NCBI GenBank assembly: GCA_044221525.1
Contig: JBGAPB010000003.1
Span: 1 to 57,814 of the forward strand
From: Blastocatellia bacterium
GTDB lineage: Bacteria; Acidobacteriota; Blastocatellia; RBC074
Length of the DNA stretch: 57,814 nucleotides
Direction of reading: 5' to 3'
The position numbers were made by a program, and so were the translations under genes. A model generated the notes under the pieces. It did no database searches, was not told the DNA's origin, and saw only the letters and a program-made list of their open reading frames with translations. Numbering within the stretch: the stretch's first letter is position 1; every line of letters starts with the position of its first letter. Of this stretch, positions 55,815-57,814 are shown piece after piece.

Positions 55815-57814
55815 TCAATTCACAGCGATGGAAGTCAGGTTGGTAGTTTTTCGGTTTAACTTAATAGCAACAGGAACCGAATTGCCGACGGGGGCATTTG
55901 CAGGAATAACAACGTTCAATTGCCACAAGCCGACAAAACCAGGTGTCAATCCGCTGAAACTGACCGTCGCGGGGACACCTCCAATTGTGACAATCGGCGT
56001 CGCCTGAGTTGCATAAGTCGGACTGGCAGGGGTCGCCGCTCCCGAAGTCGGCGTCAAAGCCTGCCCATTGTCCACATTCTTGAACTGGCCGCCGGGGCCG
56101 TTGGCAAAGAAAGTTACAACTCGCCCGCGCGCTTCAGGTCTGGCTATTGAGTTTTGCGCCGGGTCGCCGTTGAGCGAAAAATCCTGATTGATGGCGACCG
56201 CCTGGCCTTTGCCTGTGGCGGCAATCGTGAATACGCCCGGAGCCACCGTGCCAACAATCAGGTAGCCGGTAGCAACTGTCAGGTTGTTGTTAAGAATTTC
56301 AACTTTCGCCAGACCTGCCTGAGTCTGATACGGAACCTGATAGTTGATTTGAAAAGCTCCTGCGCCTTGCCCGCCGCCCACGCCGACGAAAAACAGATCA
56401 GGTAGCCGGTAGCAACTGTCAGGTTGTTGTTAAGAATTTCAACTTTCGCCAGACCTGCCTGAGTCTGATACGGAACCTGATAGTTGATTTGAAAAGCTCC
56501 TGCGCCTTGCCCGCCGCCCACGCCGACGAAAAACAGAGGAGCCAGAACGTTGTTCACCCTCACTGAAACATTCGACAGCGTGGTCGGCAGCGGAGTTGAA
56601 CTTGCCGACACCGTGACATTGGTTCCAACCGGAAAGCCCGTTCCGAATGCGGCTTCGATCTGGCCCGGCGAACTGGCCCTGGCATAGCTGGAAGCATCAA
56701 CCGAAATCACTGCTGGCGAAGATTTGCCGTAAACCGTGATCACGCCATCGCGCGGTATGTTGGTGGTCAGCGATTGCCCGGCGCTGATTGTCGCGTCGGC
56801 AGCATCAATATCGTATTGAGTGGGTGTGGTGTATTTGATTCCGTAGGTTCCTGCTGGCAAGCCCTGAAAAACCAGGTTGCCGCCGCCAAAAGCCCTGGTC
56901 ACAACGACAAATTTCCCGTCAGTGTTGACGAAGGCCGCAGGTTCATAAGCGCCGACCGTAGAGGTGGCGTTGATACGCAACGCTCCGGCGCGGATAAAGC
57001 GAAAGTATTGCCGCAGGAATTTCCCACGGCTTCCGAAAGTCAGCGTGGGACTGTTTGGATTGCTGTCGTGGACGTCGTAATAGGCGCTGCCATCGTCGCT
57101 GCCTCCAAGCGGGAAGGCCAACGCGAATTGCTCCCAGGAAGAATTGTTTGCAATCGTCAGGTCTGCGTGCAGATCGTGGTAAGTCCCTCCGATGTATTCC
57201 AGGTGAGCAGTGTCAATCTTGTATTGCGCCCCTCGGCTGGCAAATCCCTGCAATGCTGAATCAGTCGCTCCGCCGTACCTATGATAAGAAACTTCGGAAA
57301 TGAACTGTGTAACTCCGGGAATTTGAATCAACTGATCGAAGTAAGGCAGCGAGTTGAACATACTGGTGCAGGACGGAGCGACGAAATCCGGGTTGAAACC
57401 GTTTGCCTTCAAACGATTCCCTGCGGCAACCAGGCAATTGCCGATCTGTGTTCCATTCCAATTGGCTTCTGTGTCCGGTTCCAGAATCATTTCGACCGAA
57501 TCAGGCACAAAACCATATTTGTCGCGCAGATGAAGAAATGTAGCCAGAATGAATTCTCCGAACTCTTCGGGCGCGTTTTTGTGCTCAAAAGTCGAAGATT
57601 TGAAATCAACGTTGCAAAGATTCAGATAAAGCTTTTCGCCCCGGGCAGCCAGACGCTGTTTGATCGGGATGACGACATTTTCAATATTGAAATCTATTTC
57701 AGCGAACTGAAAACCATTAGGGTTGATGACCTGTGAATCATTGTTGTCGTTGATGATTTCATAAAAATGGTTTTTGTAATCGTCAAAATTGATCTGCCCG
57801 TTGACGTAACGGGT
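55815..57814 (-). CDS. Glycoside hydrolase clan A (GH30-like) domain + TIGR03437-like C-terminal domain; frameshifted by a 140-bp duplication and 5'-truncated by the window edge
   Basis: Frame is open from 57814 (TRYVNGQINFDD...). ILEPD, SYHRY and HLEY motifs. C-terminal VDASSY..PGQI.AAFGT, LPTTL.NVSV.VN..APLFFV, QINYQVP, APGVFT, GQAVAINQD, VTIGG, FSGLTPGFVGLWQLNVVIP. Removing one duplicate copy restores a single ORF. Confidence 0.75.
56257..56536. repeat. Exact 140-bp tandem duplication
   Basis: 56257-56396 is identical to 56397-56536 (atcaggtagccggtagc...gccgacgaaaaacag). Confidence 0.97.

Noticed and set aside
56257-56536. Duplication as a DGR template/variable repeat pair or an IS target-site duplication
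   Set aside because: Copies are adjacent and identical with no adenine-specific differences, and no reverse transcriptase or transposase is present.
1-57814. tRNA, rRNA, CRISPR arrays, transposases, integrases
   Set aside because: None recognised by eye; intergenic gaps are short and lack such patterns (tRNAscan, Infernal and CRISPR finders were not run).

Overview
Bacterial genomic window, most likely Acidobacteriota (Blastocatellia-like). This is inferred from an ADOP-type permease, a TIGR03437-like C-terminal domain and the general gene content. Nearly all genes are on the minus strand. Left to right: (1) 3' part of an ABC/ADOP permease and a YnjE-like rhodanese lipoprotein (+ strand). 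(2) The standout feature, a tandem array of five secreted paralogs (1962-10448), each fusing an N-terminal CxxCH cytochrome c domain to a PHM/DBH-type (copper type II, ascorbate-dependent) monooxygenase module. Four keep all six predicted copper ligands and the last has lost all of them. A DUF433/PIN toxin-antitoxin pair sits inside the array, and a sigma70 promoter with palindromic operator-like sites lies upstream. (3) An S9/DPP-IV-like peptidase. (4) A ~32 kb Wzx/Wzy-type exopolysaccharide/glycosylation locus (13158-45118) with an AlgD-like dehydrogenase, two AsnB amidotransferases, a heparinase II/III-like lyase, three paralogous secreted beta-helix proteins, acyl- and methyltransferases, a degenerate BY-kinase and an unlisted 50-aa PEP-CTERM-like ORF at its head. 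(5) An AT-rich module with one histidine kinase and two NarL-type regulators. (6) A CDP-sugar/C-methyltransferase cluster containing a frameshifted GT2. (7) A glycoside hydrolase-like/TIGR03437-like gene broken by an exact 140-bp tandem duplication. I saw no rRNA, tRNA, CRISPR array, transposase or integrase. All family calls come from motif recognition by eye; no searches were run.
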